From the NCBI RefSeq assembly GCF_021869535.1, contig NW_026262679.1:92839982-92903981 (forward strand): a DNA stretch of 64,000 bases, written 5' to 3'. This stretch comes from Mytilus californianus. Lineage: Eukaryota. Below are positions 1-13,366 of the stretch, one piece after another. Within the stretch, counting starts at the first letter, position 1; each line of letters starts with the position of its first letter. The notes under the pieces were generated by a model. The model saw nothing but the letters and a program-made list of their open reading frames with translations, was not told the origin of the DNA and did not search any database. A program made the position numbers and the translations under genes.

Positions 1-1900
1 TTATGATGTACATGTCAGTCTTGCAGGTTTTATTTGACCTTGACCTCATTTTCACGGTTCATTGCTCAGTGTTAAGTTTTTGTGTTTTGGTCTGTTTTTC
101 TAAAACTATAAGCAATAGGTCAACTATATTTGTTGTATGGAAGGATTGTAAGCTGTACATGTCTGCCTGGCATGGTTCATCTTACCTTGACCTCATTTTC
201 ATGGTTCATTGGTCAATGTTTAGTTTTCTTGGTTAAGTCTGTATCTTAGAAACTATAAACAATAGGTCAACAATATTTAGTGTATTGAATGATTGTAAGG
301 TGTACATGTATTTCTTGTTTGGTTTATATGATCATGACCTCATTTTCTTGGATCATGTCAAGTGTATGTAATAGTTGTAGTAAAGCTTTATATTTAGGAC
401 TATCAACATAATATCAATGATTAGTAAAGAAGGCGAGACATTTCAGCGTGTGCACTATTGGGGTTCATTCTTCAATGTTCAGTTTTTGTCGAGCCTGCGA
501 CTTTTGTCGCAGAAAGCTCGACATAGGGATAGCGATCCGGCGGCGGCTACGGCGGCGGCGGCGGCGTTAGCTAACTTCTTAAAAGCTTTATATTTTAGAA
601 GATGGAAGACCTGGATGCTTCATACTTTGTATATGGATGCCTCATGTTACGAAGTTTCCGTCAGTCACATGTCCAATGTCCTTGACCTCATTTTCATGGT
701 TCAGTAACTACTTGAAAAAAAAGTTCAGATTTTTTGTAATGTTAAATTCTCTCTTATTATAAGTAATAGGATAACTATATTTGGTATGTGCGTACCTTGC
801 AAGGTCCTCATGCCCGTCAGACAGTTTTCACTTGACCTCGACCTCATTTCATGGATCAGTGAACAAGGTTAAGTTTTCGTGGTCAAGTCCATATCTCAGA
901 TACTATAAGCAATAGGTCTAGTATATTCGGTGTATGGAAGGACTGTAAGGTGTACATGTCCAACTGGCAGGTGTCATCTGACCTTGACCTCATTTTCATG
1001 GTTCAGTGGTTATAGTTAAGTTTTTGTGTTTTGGTCTGTTTTTCTTATACTGTATGCAATAGGTCTACTATATTTGGTGTATGGAATGATTGTAAGGTGT
1101 ACATGTCTAGCTGGCAGGTGTCATCTGACCTTGACCTCATTTTCATGGTTCAGTGGTCAAAGTTAAGTTTTTGAGTTTTGGTCTTTCTTTCTAATACTGC
1201 ATGCAATAGGTCAGCTATATTTGGTGTATGGAATGATTGTAAGGTGTACATGTCTAGCTGGCAGGTGTCATCTTACCTTGACCTCATTTTCATGGTTCAG
1301 TGGTCAAAGTTAAGTTTTTGAGTTTTGGTCTTTTTTTCTAATACTATATGCAATAGTTCAACTATATTTGGTGTATGGAAATATTTTATGATCTATATGT
1401 CAGTTACGCAGGTTTTATTTGACCTTGACCTCATTTTCAAGGTTCATTGCTCAGTGTTAAGTTTTTGTGTTTTCGTCTGTTTTTCTTAAACTATAAGCAA
1501 TAGGTCAACTATATTTGTTGTATGGAAGAATTGTTAGCTGTACATGCCTGCCTAGCATGGTTCATCTGACCTTGACCTCATTTTCATGGTCATTGGTCAA
1601 TGTTTAGTTTACTTGGTTAATGTTAAGTTTATGTGACAGTTGTAATAAAGCTTTATATTTAGGACTATCAACATAATATCAATGATTAGTAAAGAAGGCG
1701 AGACATTTCAGCGTGTGCACTCTTGTTGTAATTAGGTCAGTTTCTCAGATGCTATAAGCATGATAAGCAAGAGGCTGACTATATTTGGTGTATGGAATGA
1801 TTGTAATATTTACATGTCTGTCTGGTACATGTAGGGTTCATCTGACCTTGACCTCATCTACATGGATCATTGACAATGTTTATTTTATGTGATACTTAAG
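1..1900. repeat. Satellite-like tandem array, unit about 150 bp. Core motif 'gaccttgacctcattttcatggttcag ... aggtgtacatgtc' recurs at about 36, 189, 340, 675, 830, 978, 1128, 1270, 1422, 1568 and 1846. Variant units and a higher-order segment lie at 410-720.
   Basis: Direct reading shows about 12 units in register, spaced about 145-152 bp apart, with 80-95% identity between neighbours. The ORFs at 3-236 and 417-707 lie inside the array and are artefacts. Confidence 0.85.
539..567. repeat. (GGC)n microsatellite embedded in a satellite variant unit
   Basis: The run 'cggcggcggctacggcggcggcggcggcg' is visible. It produces the poly-Ala stretch of the spurious ORF 417-707. Confidence 0.9.
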
Positions 1901-3643
1901 GTAAAACCTTCATATGAAAGATTCCATTAAAGGTTCAATCATGATAAGTTCAGCAGGTGAGACATTTCAGCGTTTGCACTCTTGTTTCAATAGAATTATA
2001 AGATTTGACTAATGAAAATGTACTTTGGACTGACAAATTACATACAGTGACAGTCTAAATGTCCCATAAGACGAAATTATTTTCAAAAACTGGCCTGACT
2101 CATATAATAAATGTTCAAACTTGTACATGTGTTGTACAGTACTGTCATTATTGATAGGATACAGATTTGAAAGTACACATGCACCTACTGTATGTTTGTA
2201 TTTAATAGATGCATTTATCTACTTGAAATGAAGAACAAAGTATATTTAATGGTTTTAATTATGTTTTACATGCAGCAGTTGTTCACCTGTACATGCATGT
2301 ATCTGTTTGATCTTATGCATGTACATTTTGTAAGTTATCAACTTCCTCAGACATCATTGTAAACTGTAAATGTACATTACTGGTACATGTTCAAATATAT
2401 CTATATTCATGCTAAAAAAGTATATTTTGTGCTTTTTGAATTTTTGAATTTTTTACAAGTTATGCATGTTTATGTATAACTACAATCATAACAATGTACA
2501 TGTATATATATAAGGAGATATTGAGCAAGGGTCAGGAAGCGGTCATATTTACCTGAGCAGTCATGTTAAATTTTGTCAAAAAGAACCACAGTTTTAATAA
2601 ATATTCAGAACTAGATCTAGAACATCCAGGAAAATGCTTCCAAGCTTAGGTTTGATTTTGTGGTTATAGATTTCTCTTGCAGCATGCTTAATCTCCTTTT
2701 AATTATTACCAGTAAATCACTGGTAGTGGTATATAATACATGTATACAATAACAAAACATGTACATGTAGGTTCACTAAGATTTAAATGCAAGGTTATTT
2801 AAGGTAAAGTATACATGTACAAAATGTACATGTGTTTAAACACACCATTTTAGCAGTATTATATAAGCACAACATAAATATAGTAAAACTGTGACAATTC
2901 TGCTTCTAGTGGTACCCAATAGCAACCAGAAACCACTCCATAATCTAAATAATAATTTAAATTTATTGAAAAAAATGTGGATTTATATCAAAAGAAAATA
3001 CATAAAAACACAAGTGACAAAAACTTTTGTGGAGGCAAGTTTTGCATATATCAATATGGATTACAATCTCTGATATTTCTGTCAATTCAATTTTATTTTT
3101 GCACCAAACTATCCTGTTTTCTCTTCATTTGTAGATGTTTAGCCAAAATCACTCTTGGTGGTGAATTTTCACACTGAATGATGGTGATTCACTTAAAAAG
3201 TTCTTAAATCAGATTGTTATCACCAAATATCACCCTGATTTACAGTGAATCAATGCTCACCAGCTATAGCTATTTTTGGTGGAATCTCTTTGTGTACACT
3301 ACACCACTTGCATTTCAAAAAAGAGGGCTTAACATAATAATTTAAGACCTAACCAAGATGTGGATACAGGATTTAGAAAAAGGGGAGGGGGAGCTTAACA
3401 AGACAATGTTGGGAATGAGGCTTGTATAAGCCTTAGTAATGCAGAAATCATATTTGTAGCTCCATAAAGGGGATAGGTTTGGGCCGTGCATTATAACCCT
3501 GTTCAAAGACAAATATTCTGACACACTTCAGAGTGAGACATTTTACAAAAAAAGTTTGTTTAAAGAAGGTGTGCAAGCTAAGGAATCTCAATAAATCTAC
3601 CTGTTTATTTTCACATGTTTCAGGAACTGATCTATTTTTTCAG

Positions 3644-3773
3644 GATGGTTAAGTGGTAAAGAAGCACTGTATATGGAGTCATTGACGGAGGAGCAGATAG
3701 GACAAGACATTGTGGAGGCTCTGAAAAAATTCCTTAATAAAAAAGACATTCCACAGCCAAGAAAAGTCATCAG
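3644..3773 (+). CDS. Internal exon of a flavin-containing polyamine oxidase / spermine oxidase family gene (PAOX/SMOX-like). Translation: (G)WLSGKEALYMESLTEEQIGQDIVEALKKFLNKKDIPQPRKVIR.
   Basis: Acceptor 'tctattttttcag|GATGG' at 3641-3643 and donor 'CAG|gtaaga' at 3774. An in-frame stop lies just upstream of the acceptor (tga at 3628-3630). 'WLSGxEA..ME.L..E.....L..FL..'-type sequence matches the substrate-domain region of animal PAOX/SMOX. Phase 2 at the 3' end matches the next exon. Confidence 0.75.
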
Positions 3774-5476
3774 GTAAGAAGACATTTTAAACAATTATTC
3801 ATGTTTACTTACACTTTACATACATTTACATTTACATGATCAGATATTTTTGTGACCCATGTTTTTACTGGATCATGCATATTATATGTTTCTTCAAATT
3901 ATTGATTAAAGTACTGATTGACATGCATATGTCATTCATCTGGCATGACAAACCCTCCTTCAACCAGAGAGTGACTATATGTGGATGGTCATTAGTTGAT
4001 TTTTTTGCATTTTGACATCATCTATACTTATATCAATCTTTCATATTGAGGCAGGCATATGCATGGCCCCTAAATGGAAAATTTTCCCCTGGGTACTTCA
4101 GTTTATATATCTCAGGTATCAACTTGTATATTTTGATATCAATTTTAAATAACTTGTACTTCTACAAGTCCTCCCTTTATCTGTCATCTAGGGTTGTACG
4201 TGACTTGGAACATGTATATACTTTTAATCATGGGTAATCGTTCAGATAATTCAGGTGTGTTGGGTTTTTCTACCTGTCTTTTTTTTATACCACTCTTTTC
4301 TCACACCCCCTTCAATCATTTTTGTAGCATTGTATACCTGATACAAATGTTAAACATGTAAACAGGTAAAATACTCAGACTTTTGATGTTGTAATGAGAT
4401 ATTTAACAATTACAATAGGTATTTCCTGTACAAGCCTTAAAAATCAGCAGATCTAGACCAGCTTGAATGAAATTCACATAGCTGAATCTGTTTCTCAATA
4501 TTCACATATTTTAGTCAGATCTTAGTATTGATTGTTGAAATATCTGTGTAAAGATTTTTTTTCATTTTCAATTGCAAAAAAGATTAGATGACACAGTTTT
4601 AACAAGTGAATCACTAGAAATTGATGATTATTGGATAATAGATTTGTGATTCATGGGTATATTTTAATTTGATCAGGTTTAGAAGTTGTATGATTCATCT
4701 TTTCTTCAAAAGTTGATGAGAGAATGTATACCCAAAGCATTATGTATGTATTTAAATGTTTTCCACATACATGTACATATTCAAAGTTTAATTAAAATAT
4801 AAACTGTGGACTTGTTTGCCTTAGAGAATTAATAAATACATGTAAATACCTTGACTTGAAAGAAGTATTAAAATATGAATAAGATATTAAGTATACTTGA
4901 TAGAGTGCATGTGAAACCGCACATTATTAAAATTCTGTCAGTTTGTCAAAGTCATCGTAATGCACTTGTTTCGTTCAATGACTTAAAGCACTCAGTTTAA
5001 AACAATTTATATCTTACTTCAATAAGGAAAATCTAAAAACAAAACAACAATAAACAATAAGCAAACTAAGCAAGAAAAGTAAGACTAAAATATGAACCAA
5101 AACTATTTCATTTCAAAATAAAAATAAATGTTAGTCACAAAACCTATAATTCCTAATAGAAGAAATATAAGTTCAAATTAATTATCTCATACTTCATATG
5201 TATTGAATAGTTTTGTATTATTATATTAAATTGAAAAAATACTATAGTAAAAAGTTCATACCCAGTCAATAGTTTTTGAAACTATTAACCAGTTAATAGT
5301 CTTTTTACTGGAAACTGTTTGCTTCCAGTACTGTAAATAGTTTTTTTTACCTGTTAACTCAGGTTAATAGTATTTTTCATACTATTCCTAAAAAATAGTC
5401 AATTTGTTCATCTGTAATTGTATAAAGAATATATACATTTTTTGTACACACTGAGGAGTAATAATAAAAAACATTA

Positions 5477-5952
5477 GGCCAAAAAAAAATATATGTCTGT
5501 TTAAGGTTACATACTTTCAAAAAATAGGGTAGGTAGGTCGGTATTTCCATTTTATTCTATTTTTTCATTTTATTTTTTGTGACATGATTTTGAGTCATGC
5601 GGTTTTGTCTTGTCGTGGTCCGAGTTGATCATGGGCCAAGTTTACCAGTATTTTTAATGATTGGATTATTTCCCTTGGTAATTGGTTGGAAAAAAATGGC
5701 GGCAAAGTGTTTATTTCTTCACACGAGTTGTGAATTTCCTTAAAACATATTGTCATATTCACGATTGTGAACATTGGGATGTATCAGGCAATTGATTTAT
5801 ATTATTTGCAACACTAACTTCGCTTTTGACACGAGTTCAGTTTATTTTTCACTTTAAGACGGAAATAAAATAACTTAGGATCGGCGCTCAAAAATAGGGT
5901 CGGTCTGGTGACCGTAAACAGACATATATTTTTTTATGGCCTTATAAGAATC
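5477..5952. mobile_element. MITE of about 476 bp with about 34-bp terminal inverted repeats (ggccaaaaaaaaatatatgtctgtttaaggttac / gtgaccgtaaacagacatatatttttttatggcc), flanked by TTA target-site duplication (5474-5476 and 5953-5955). PIF/Harbinger-type by TSD.
   Basis: The TIRs are read directly and are reverse complements with 2-3 mismatches. The TTA triplet sits immediately outside both ends. There is no coding capacity inside. Confidence 0.7.
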
Positions 5953-6956
5953 ATTCAGCTTTGAAAGATCAACAAGCAATCATATTTTAAAAAGAGACAT
6001 TATAAGCTGTCAAATTCATTACAAGTACCGCCAAATTAACTCAAACTCTAGTTTGTTTGATTTTTAACATACTATATCACCAGATACTTACCTTGAGTTT
6101 TCAGTAATGCAAGCATTCTTTGGTGCAGTTTGTTTGTAAAGCTCAGTGCTTTTGTTGGCTTTTTAAATTGTATTAATATTATAAATTAAAGTCAAGTATT
6201 TTTACTTAATTGATATTTTTTTGCACATTCTCCTCTGTATTTTCGTAACTCCTTGTACAGAGTGTCTGTCCCCTGAAGAATATTAGAAAAAGAGGGAGGT
6301 TGAATGTTTTCAAAATACATAAATAAAAAAAATTATATTAAATACTGAAAAAGGCTAAAACAAGGTCCAACAATGCGATACCCTCATGGCCATTGGGTAG
6401 TCAAGGTCGTTCAACACCCTTGTAGTAATGGTATTCCCAAACCAGTTAGACCTTACCATACATTAATTTGTCTGTTCCAAGTCAGAGAACTCCTTGGTGG
6501 TTATCTTTGTTTATATCTAAATGTCTGGACCTGGAGCAATTTATATGGATTTACATTAAATGTCGGGACCTGGAGCATGTAAGATCTGACCCATCTGGAC
6601 TAACATTAGCCACTTGTCTATTGTTGAATATAGTATATTGACCTTTTGAATTAGATGTCTTATTGCAGTGTCATTTAGGTAAACTTCACATAGATCTATT
6701 TCTGTTCCTTTATTTTTAAACTTAAATATTTCATACATTTCACTTCGCTGGAAGCATATATCTTTGTATGAATACAATCTAGATAAAAGACAGAACTACT
6801 TGTAATGTCTTGTAGTTTGTGACAACTTATGTTACATTTAAGTGGCTTTTAATGTCCTCATCTTAAGAACTGAAGAAGGTATTCTAGACGATTTGTGGAT
6901 TGCAGCTTGAAGAACATATATTTGTATATTATGGATAGTACTTGTTAAGACTGCTA

Positions 6957-6975
6957 TGCACACACACACACACAA
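6957..6975. repeat. (CA)n microsatellite
   Basis: 'gcacacacacacacacaat' is read directly. Confidence 0.9.
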
Positions 6976-7039
6976 TAATTAAGGTGCCATTATTAATGCA
7001 CATGCATATAGAATTCTTGCATATTTTTATGCCTCCACC

Positions 7040-7300
7040 CTAGGCAACAGGGGCATTAAGTGTTACCCTTGACCGTTCGTCTTTCTGTCCTTCTGTCCGT
7101 CCCATTTTTTGTTTCCGCACTCTAACTTAAGTTTGCCTCATGCAAATTTTATGAAACTCATACACAATGCTAAGAACCAAAACTTGCAGACAGAGATCGA
7201 ATTTGGGCAGTGAGTCATTTACCCTTCTAGAATTATGCCCCTTTTTAACATGGAAAATTGCAAAGCTTGAGCAGGGGCATTTGTGTCCTCAGACAATTTC
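7040..7300 (+). mobile_element. Solo copy, without internal tandem array, of the same non-autonomous family as the 5' flank of the composite elements at 16260 and 40226. Shared motif 'ttccgcactctaacttaagtttgcc...tatgaaactcatacacaatgct...gaatttggg...gcaggggcat'.
   Basis: It shares motifs with 14240-14480 and with 16390-16440 ('ttttcgcactctaactttagtttaagtgaatgg'). The GTC-rich stretch 'cgtctttctgtccttctgtccgtcc' parallels the (GTC)n tract of the composite element. Confidence 0.5.
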
Positions 7301-10300
7301 TCCTTTTATTATTTGAATCTTTCATGTTGCTGTTTATAGGAGAGTTTGAAGTTTAGTCATATCAGAACTAGGGACAGGAAGATCTGATAACCTTTTGTAA
7401 GACATTTCTGTTCCTGTCAATATATGGTCAAATGCTTCATTCTTTTTGCAGAAACAGTCTGATTTCATTGTACATAATTCTTTTGTGTGCTTTTTGTTAT
7501 TCAACTGGCGAGCATTAAAAAATATGGAGGATTGAGATCATTTAAAATATAGCTTTAACCTACTAAATGTTCATGTGCCTCTCAGAAACCTCATCAGTGT
7601 TTGTCACATGTTTGCCAATGTGATACAGCTCCACAAATGACTTCGTTACATATCCTCAGATAAGGGATATGTTTCCAATGTTCAAATATTCTATAAGGAA
7701 TTATTACTTTATATTTTAAATAGCACATATAAGGGGACACTGCCTATATGTATAAATTGTATTCAACACTTAATATTACTGGAATATAGAATCCTGGACA
7801 ACATCATGATTCTGCATAAACTGTTACTTAAATGGATAAGTTCTTGGACATTTTTCGTTCAGTAGGGAAGTCATTGAAATTGTTATGATCTTCATTTATT
7901 TGTAATTATGACTGTTTATAAATTTTTCTTTGTATATACATTGTTTTGGTATACTGGTGAAATTGTATAAATGTATACAGCTTTAAGCATTACATTTTTA
8001 TATGAAAATACTCAAATAGTTCATTGTCATAATTCAGCCCTGCAAGGAATAAATACCTGGATTTATACTCTTTCATGTGAAATAGTTGCACAGAATTAAC
8101 AAAACTTGTAATTTATTTGAAATGTACTGTATAGTATTGAATTTGAGTTTGACTCTTTTAAGCCATACATGCCAAATAATACACTAATACACTATACATG
8201 CCAAATAATACACTACATTCAGTTGAAGGTTTGATATCTTCCGAAGGCTACAAACACATATTTTACTATAGATCTTCAAGGTCATATATCATATATACTG
8301 TAGTCACCGTTATTTGCAGTGTACCTTTTTTTTTTGTAATTCAATAATAGGTTAAGTGACTATCAGCATGATCAGCACATACAGTATAAGTCAGCTGTAG
8401 GTATTATGTTGTATTTATATTTACACATAGTTCCTGGTTGTTTTTTTTTGGCCTACATGTGCTGGAATAAATCATTTTTTTTCAATGGGTTGGAATTAAG
8501 ATACATTTTAAATCTTTTGTAATCAACTGAGTTTTTTTTTTTTGTGTATAGAAGCCCAGTTTTGATGTTTTCAAATGTGAAATCCATATGAACAAGCTGA
8601 TTGAAATTTATAGGTAATGAAAGCGTGACAATCAGGACATTAATAAAAGTGCTTTTAATTTGAAGAAAATAAGGTGCATTGTATAAATGCTCGTGCATTG
8701 TTCTATGCATCTACCGTACAGTTCCAGCATGTGTGTTAGACATTTAATATCTGATTTTATTGTCAAGCATACCGGTATATAATCATCATTTAAAAATAAT
8801 TTGTTATTTAATTTACATTTTTGAAGACCTTGAAATTATTTAAATAAAATTTAACATGTTTATAATTTGCCTTTTAGATATATAACATCTAGACAGATTT
8901 CCTGGCGGCAATATTTTGAAATTATTTATTCATGATAGTGACCTATACCTTCAGGCGCACAAAAGTTTTTGTAAGCTATCAAAAAGTTTCATGTTAAGAA
9001 TTTTCCTGAAGTTTGTTGTGACCAACTACCGTAAAAAAATTAAACCTTTTTAAATGTCACCAGTTTCATAATATAGTCTGGTAAATTTGTTTTATTTTCT
9101 AAAAATAGCTTAAATATGATATATTTATGAGACATTAAGCTTAAGTTATTTGCTACTAGTGTTAAAAGTTATTTGCCACTAGTGTTAAGAGTTGTTCATA
9201 TGTTCATGCATCAGACTTAAGCTTTTATTTGACACTAGGAACCGCAATGAGTTTATTCACAAAATGTAGTGATAACATCATGAAATCGAAATGCAGACAG
9301 TAAATATAAGAAGATGTGGTATGAGTGCCAATGAGACAACTCTCCATCCAAGTCAAAATTTATAAAAGTAAACCATTATAGGTCAAAGTACGGTCTTCAA
9401 CACGGAGCCTTGGCTCACACCGAACAGCAAGCTATAAAGGGCCCCAAAAATTACTAGTGTAAAACCATTCAAACGGGAAACCAACGATCTAATCTATATA
9501 TAAAAAACGAGAAACGAGAAACATTTATGAACCACATCAACAAACGACAACTACTGAACATCAGATTCCTGACTTAGGACAGGTGCAAACAATTGCAGCG
9601 GGTTTAAACGTTTTAATGGTACCAAACCTTCACACACAAAATGCACACATGTGGCTGCATGGATATTTTTTTGTGGGAATTGCAAAATTGCACAAATTTA
9701 ATAATGATAATATGATTCTATATTAAAAAAGTGTAGCACATTTTAGGCTAGTCTTACAACTAATCTTCCTGGAGTCCCTCATGAAATACAGTACAAAAAA
9801 ATAAAGCATGGGGAAAACAAGAACAATCATGATGATTGGTTTATTTTGTTGCTTGCTTTAGTCCAATGAAAATAGATCCTGGAGGAATCCTCACACAACT
9901 ATAATTATGTAAATTGTATGATCCTGCAAGGGCAATTGATATTGACCTAAGGATAGAATTTACTTAAAGTCATTAATAACCCTTTGATTGCTGCTGGTAT
10001 TCAGGGGTTAAAAACCGTAGAGTGCCAAAAGCTTAGCTTTTGATTTGAAAATTAAATTGGAAAATGTCATAGATCTTAAAGGAAGCATATCAATTGTGCA
10101 AATTCAATGTTTGCCATCTTGAAGAAGTTCTGCTTGGATGGATGACGGGTGTTAGCTCAATTACTTTACTGACCTTACTTTTTTTTTTAAATTGATTATA
10201 GTAACAGGGTTGCAAAAAGGGGTCCTGATCCTTAAATTATTAAAAACTTTTTAAAAATCTACAGATAACACATTTTGTTGACAATGACTTTATCCTACAC

Positions 10301-11959
10301 CCATCTTGGTGTAGATATCTTTTGACAATGGACACATTCAGTTCCAAGTTCAATTTACCCGTTTGTTCCTATATCCTGTTTGATTTCATATACAAACATA
10401 TATAGCGGGTCATATGGTCAAGCTTTTATTTACTTGACCAGTCTGTACTTTAATGGTCATGGCCAAATGTCCTATGAGATTCGAAAATGACTGCTTTTTG
10501 TTTATAACCTTCTATGGGCTTTCAGTTCATTTATAAACTAATGTATGTAAATGGCCATGGGATATATGGTAGTAATTATGCCATAGCACAAAACTGTCAT
10601 TTAAATGGAATACATATCTGACAATTTCTAATTAGTTACAGGTTTTTTGCAACTTTCAGAGTTTAAACCAATTAATCAGTCTGAATTTAGAAAATCTTGA
10701 ATCAACATGATATCTTGAGAAGAAATGTATAATATTTGCCAATATAATCGATTATGTATTTACATGTACTGCTTCAGGGAATGTAGGTATATTGTGCATA
10801 AATATTAGTGGTAAAGTTTATCTTTGTTTACTTTAGAAGTAGTGAAAATTACCTGTCCTATTCAAAATAACTGAAATATGCCAAGTAGTGTACATTTGAT
10901 GGTAGGAGATGCTGGAATTGTAGTTTGATAAATAGGATAAAATGTTACGATACAGTGCATGGGCATAAGTTTATTGGTCACTTGTGATTTGCCACTATAT
11001 CTCAAATAAAACCAAATTTAAAAAATATTGTAGATTCATTTCTAGTTAGATTTGAGTTGACTTGGAACAAATAGAAACAGATTCGTCACTAGGGCTGTAA
11101 CAATACACCAACCTAATGATATAATAGGTATCGTGATACAAGGGTGACAATACCATACATACTCAATACCCAACCTTGTATTAGTACATGTACTAATGTA
11201 GTCTAATAGCAAACTACCTTTGTTCTGTTTTTTTTTGTGTGTTTAGTAAACCTGCTGTTCCTTTAGTGTTGCTAAAATACATAAAATTTCAAATATTTAT
11301 TTAAACCAACATTCAACTGTAAACAACCCAGCCATGCTAGCCATTTTCATAGAAACAATTTGTAACACGAGTTTGATTGACCGATAACACTTGGAGTTTA
11401 TTGGACGGGAACTGAACTGAAATACGTATAAAATGAATCGAAAATCGAACCAAACAAAAATATTGCAGTTCATCGATCCTTCAATGTATTGTTTCACTAC
11501 TATTTGTCACAGGTTTATTTTTTTTATTTGGTTATAATTTTGTTAAGATTTCTCATTTTCTGGTGATGTAAACACAGTATTTATTATACCTCCACCTGAC
11601 TAGATCACCATAGTCTAGTTTTTGTTTGGCTGTTTGATATATATTACAACTAACACAAATCTAAATTGTTTTCATAAATTAGTGTTTACATAAGTAGAAA
11701 ATTGAAACAACTGAAAAGACAAAATGATTATTTAATAAACAAATAAACATCAAAAATGAATAAATAAATACCAGTACAACAATAGTCAGGATTCTGTGAT
11801 TGTCGTTGGTTACTGTTTGCAATATTTGTTTTAATCTGGTTGTTGGTTTTCATTTTTGTCAGGCTATCAGTGTAAACTACTGGTATAAAGCATTTTATTT
11901 CAGAATGCAGATGACATGGAGGCTCCATACCTTGTATATAGAATCCTTCAGTAAGAAGT

Positions 11960-12640
11960 TTCTTGGATATGACCATTCTCTTTGACCTCATTTTCATGGT
12001 TTAGTGACTGCTACTAAAAACTGTATAGTTTATGCATTTTTTTTTTTGTCCTGTGAATTTCTCACTTATTATGAGTAATGGGATAATATTTGGTCTATGT
12101 AATCCTTGCTAGGTCTTCATGTCTGTCAGACAGGGTTCACCTGACCTCAACCTCCATTCATTGATCAGTGATCAAGGTTAAAGTTATGTGATTAGGTCCG
12201 TTTCTCAGATACTTTAAGCAGCAGGTCAACTATAGTATAAGTGGTTTATGGAATGACTGTAAGATCTACATATCAGACTGGCAGGTTTTATCTGACCTTG
12301 ACCTCATTTAACATAGTTCATTGGTCGATGTTAAGTTTTTGTGTTGTGGTATGTATTTCAGATACTATAAGCAATAGGTCATCAATATTTGGTGTATGTA
12401 GTGATTGTAAGGTTACATGTTTGTCTGGTAGGTATCTATTAACCTTGGCCTTATTTTCTTGTTTCATTTGTCAATGTTAAGTTTTTGTGTTGTGGGTCTG
12501 TTTCTCAGATCTATACTATAAGCATAAAGTCAATTATATTTGGTATATGGAATTATTTTAGGATGTGCATGTTGGTCTGGCTGGGTTCATCTGACCTTGA
12601 CCTGATTAACTTAGATCATTGATCAGTTTATGTGATACTT
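11960..12640. repeat. Second array of the same roughly 150-bp satellite as 1-1900, about 4-5 units. It includes a duplicated higher-order segment homologous to 580-920.
   Basis: 'gacctcattttcatggtttag' occurs at 11985, with related units at 12150, 12295, 12430 and 12595. The segments 11890-12230 and 580-920 align block-by-block. Confidence 0.8.
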
Positions 12641-13212
12641 GTAGTAAAACCTCATCTTAAACATGTTAAAGACTCAACATAAAATCCATCAAGATCATTT
12701 AAGCAGAATTATTGCACATTTTGTCATGCTGGTGCCTTTTATTTATCAGAATTTAAAATTAGTTTTGCTGCCCTTGTCGGCAATTGTTCTTACTAGCTCA
12801 TTTTAGTATCAACACTCTAAACAATGCAACAATAATCTATCAATGGGAGAATATTAACATTATACAATAATTTTAATAAATCAACATTTAGAAATTTCTT
12901 AATCTTAGAGAGTTATGCATAAAAAGAGTCTAGGCCATATTAAAAGAAACATAAGTAATTAACATATATTAGCCTGTCCATAACAAATAAAAATCAATTC
13001 TAACACCAAATTTTTTTTCGATTGATGATTCTTGAAGAATATTATTCTCAATAGTAAGAACAGCTTCTGCTTTCTGGAAATGCAGTCTTTGTCTTGTACC
13101 TATAACCATACATCCATACATACAAAGTTTTGATTATTAACTTTATTTCCATTAAAAAGTCAATGGTCAATGTAATAAAAAGAATAAAACTCATCGAAGA
13201 ATTCAAATATTT

Positions 13213-13366
13213 AAGGAATGACTGTAATGTTTTTTCTGTCTATGAAGAAATAACATCAAAAATGTTGTGCACACTTAATAACCCGCATAGCGGGTTATTT
13301 TAAAGTGTGCACCACATTTTTTATGATATTTCGAATAGACAGAAAAAATATTACAGTCATTTCTTA
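13213..13366. mobile_element. Foldback / hairpin element of about 154 bp with near-perfect arms of about 73 bp around a palindromic centre 'aataacccgcatagcgggttatt'
   Basis: The left arm 'aaggaatgactgtaatgttttttctgtctatgaagaaataacatcaaaaatgttgtgcacactt' is the reverse complement of the right arm 'aagtgtgcaccacattttttatgatatttcgaatagacagaaaaaatattacagtcatttctt'. Confidence 0.65.

Noticed and set aside
417-707. 96-aa ORF with a poly-Ala stretch
   Set aside because: It lies in a satellite variant unit. The poly-Ala comes from a (GGC)n microsatellite. The same segment is duplicated at 1676-1725 and 11890-11990.
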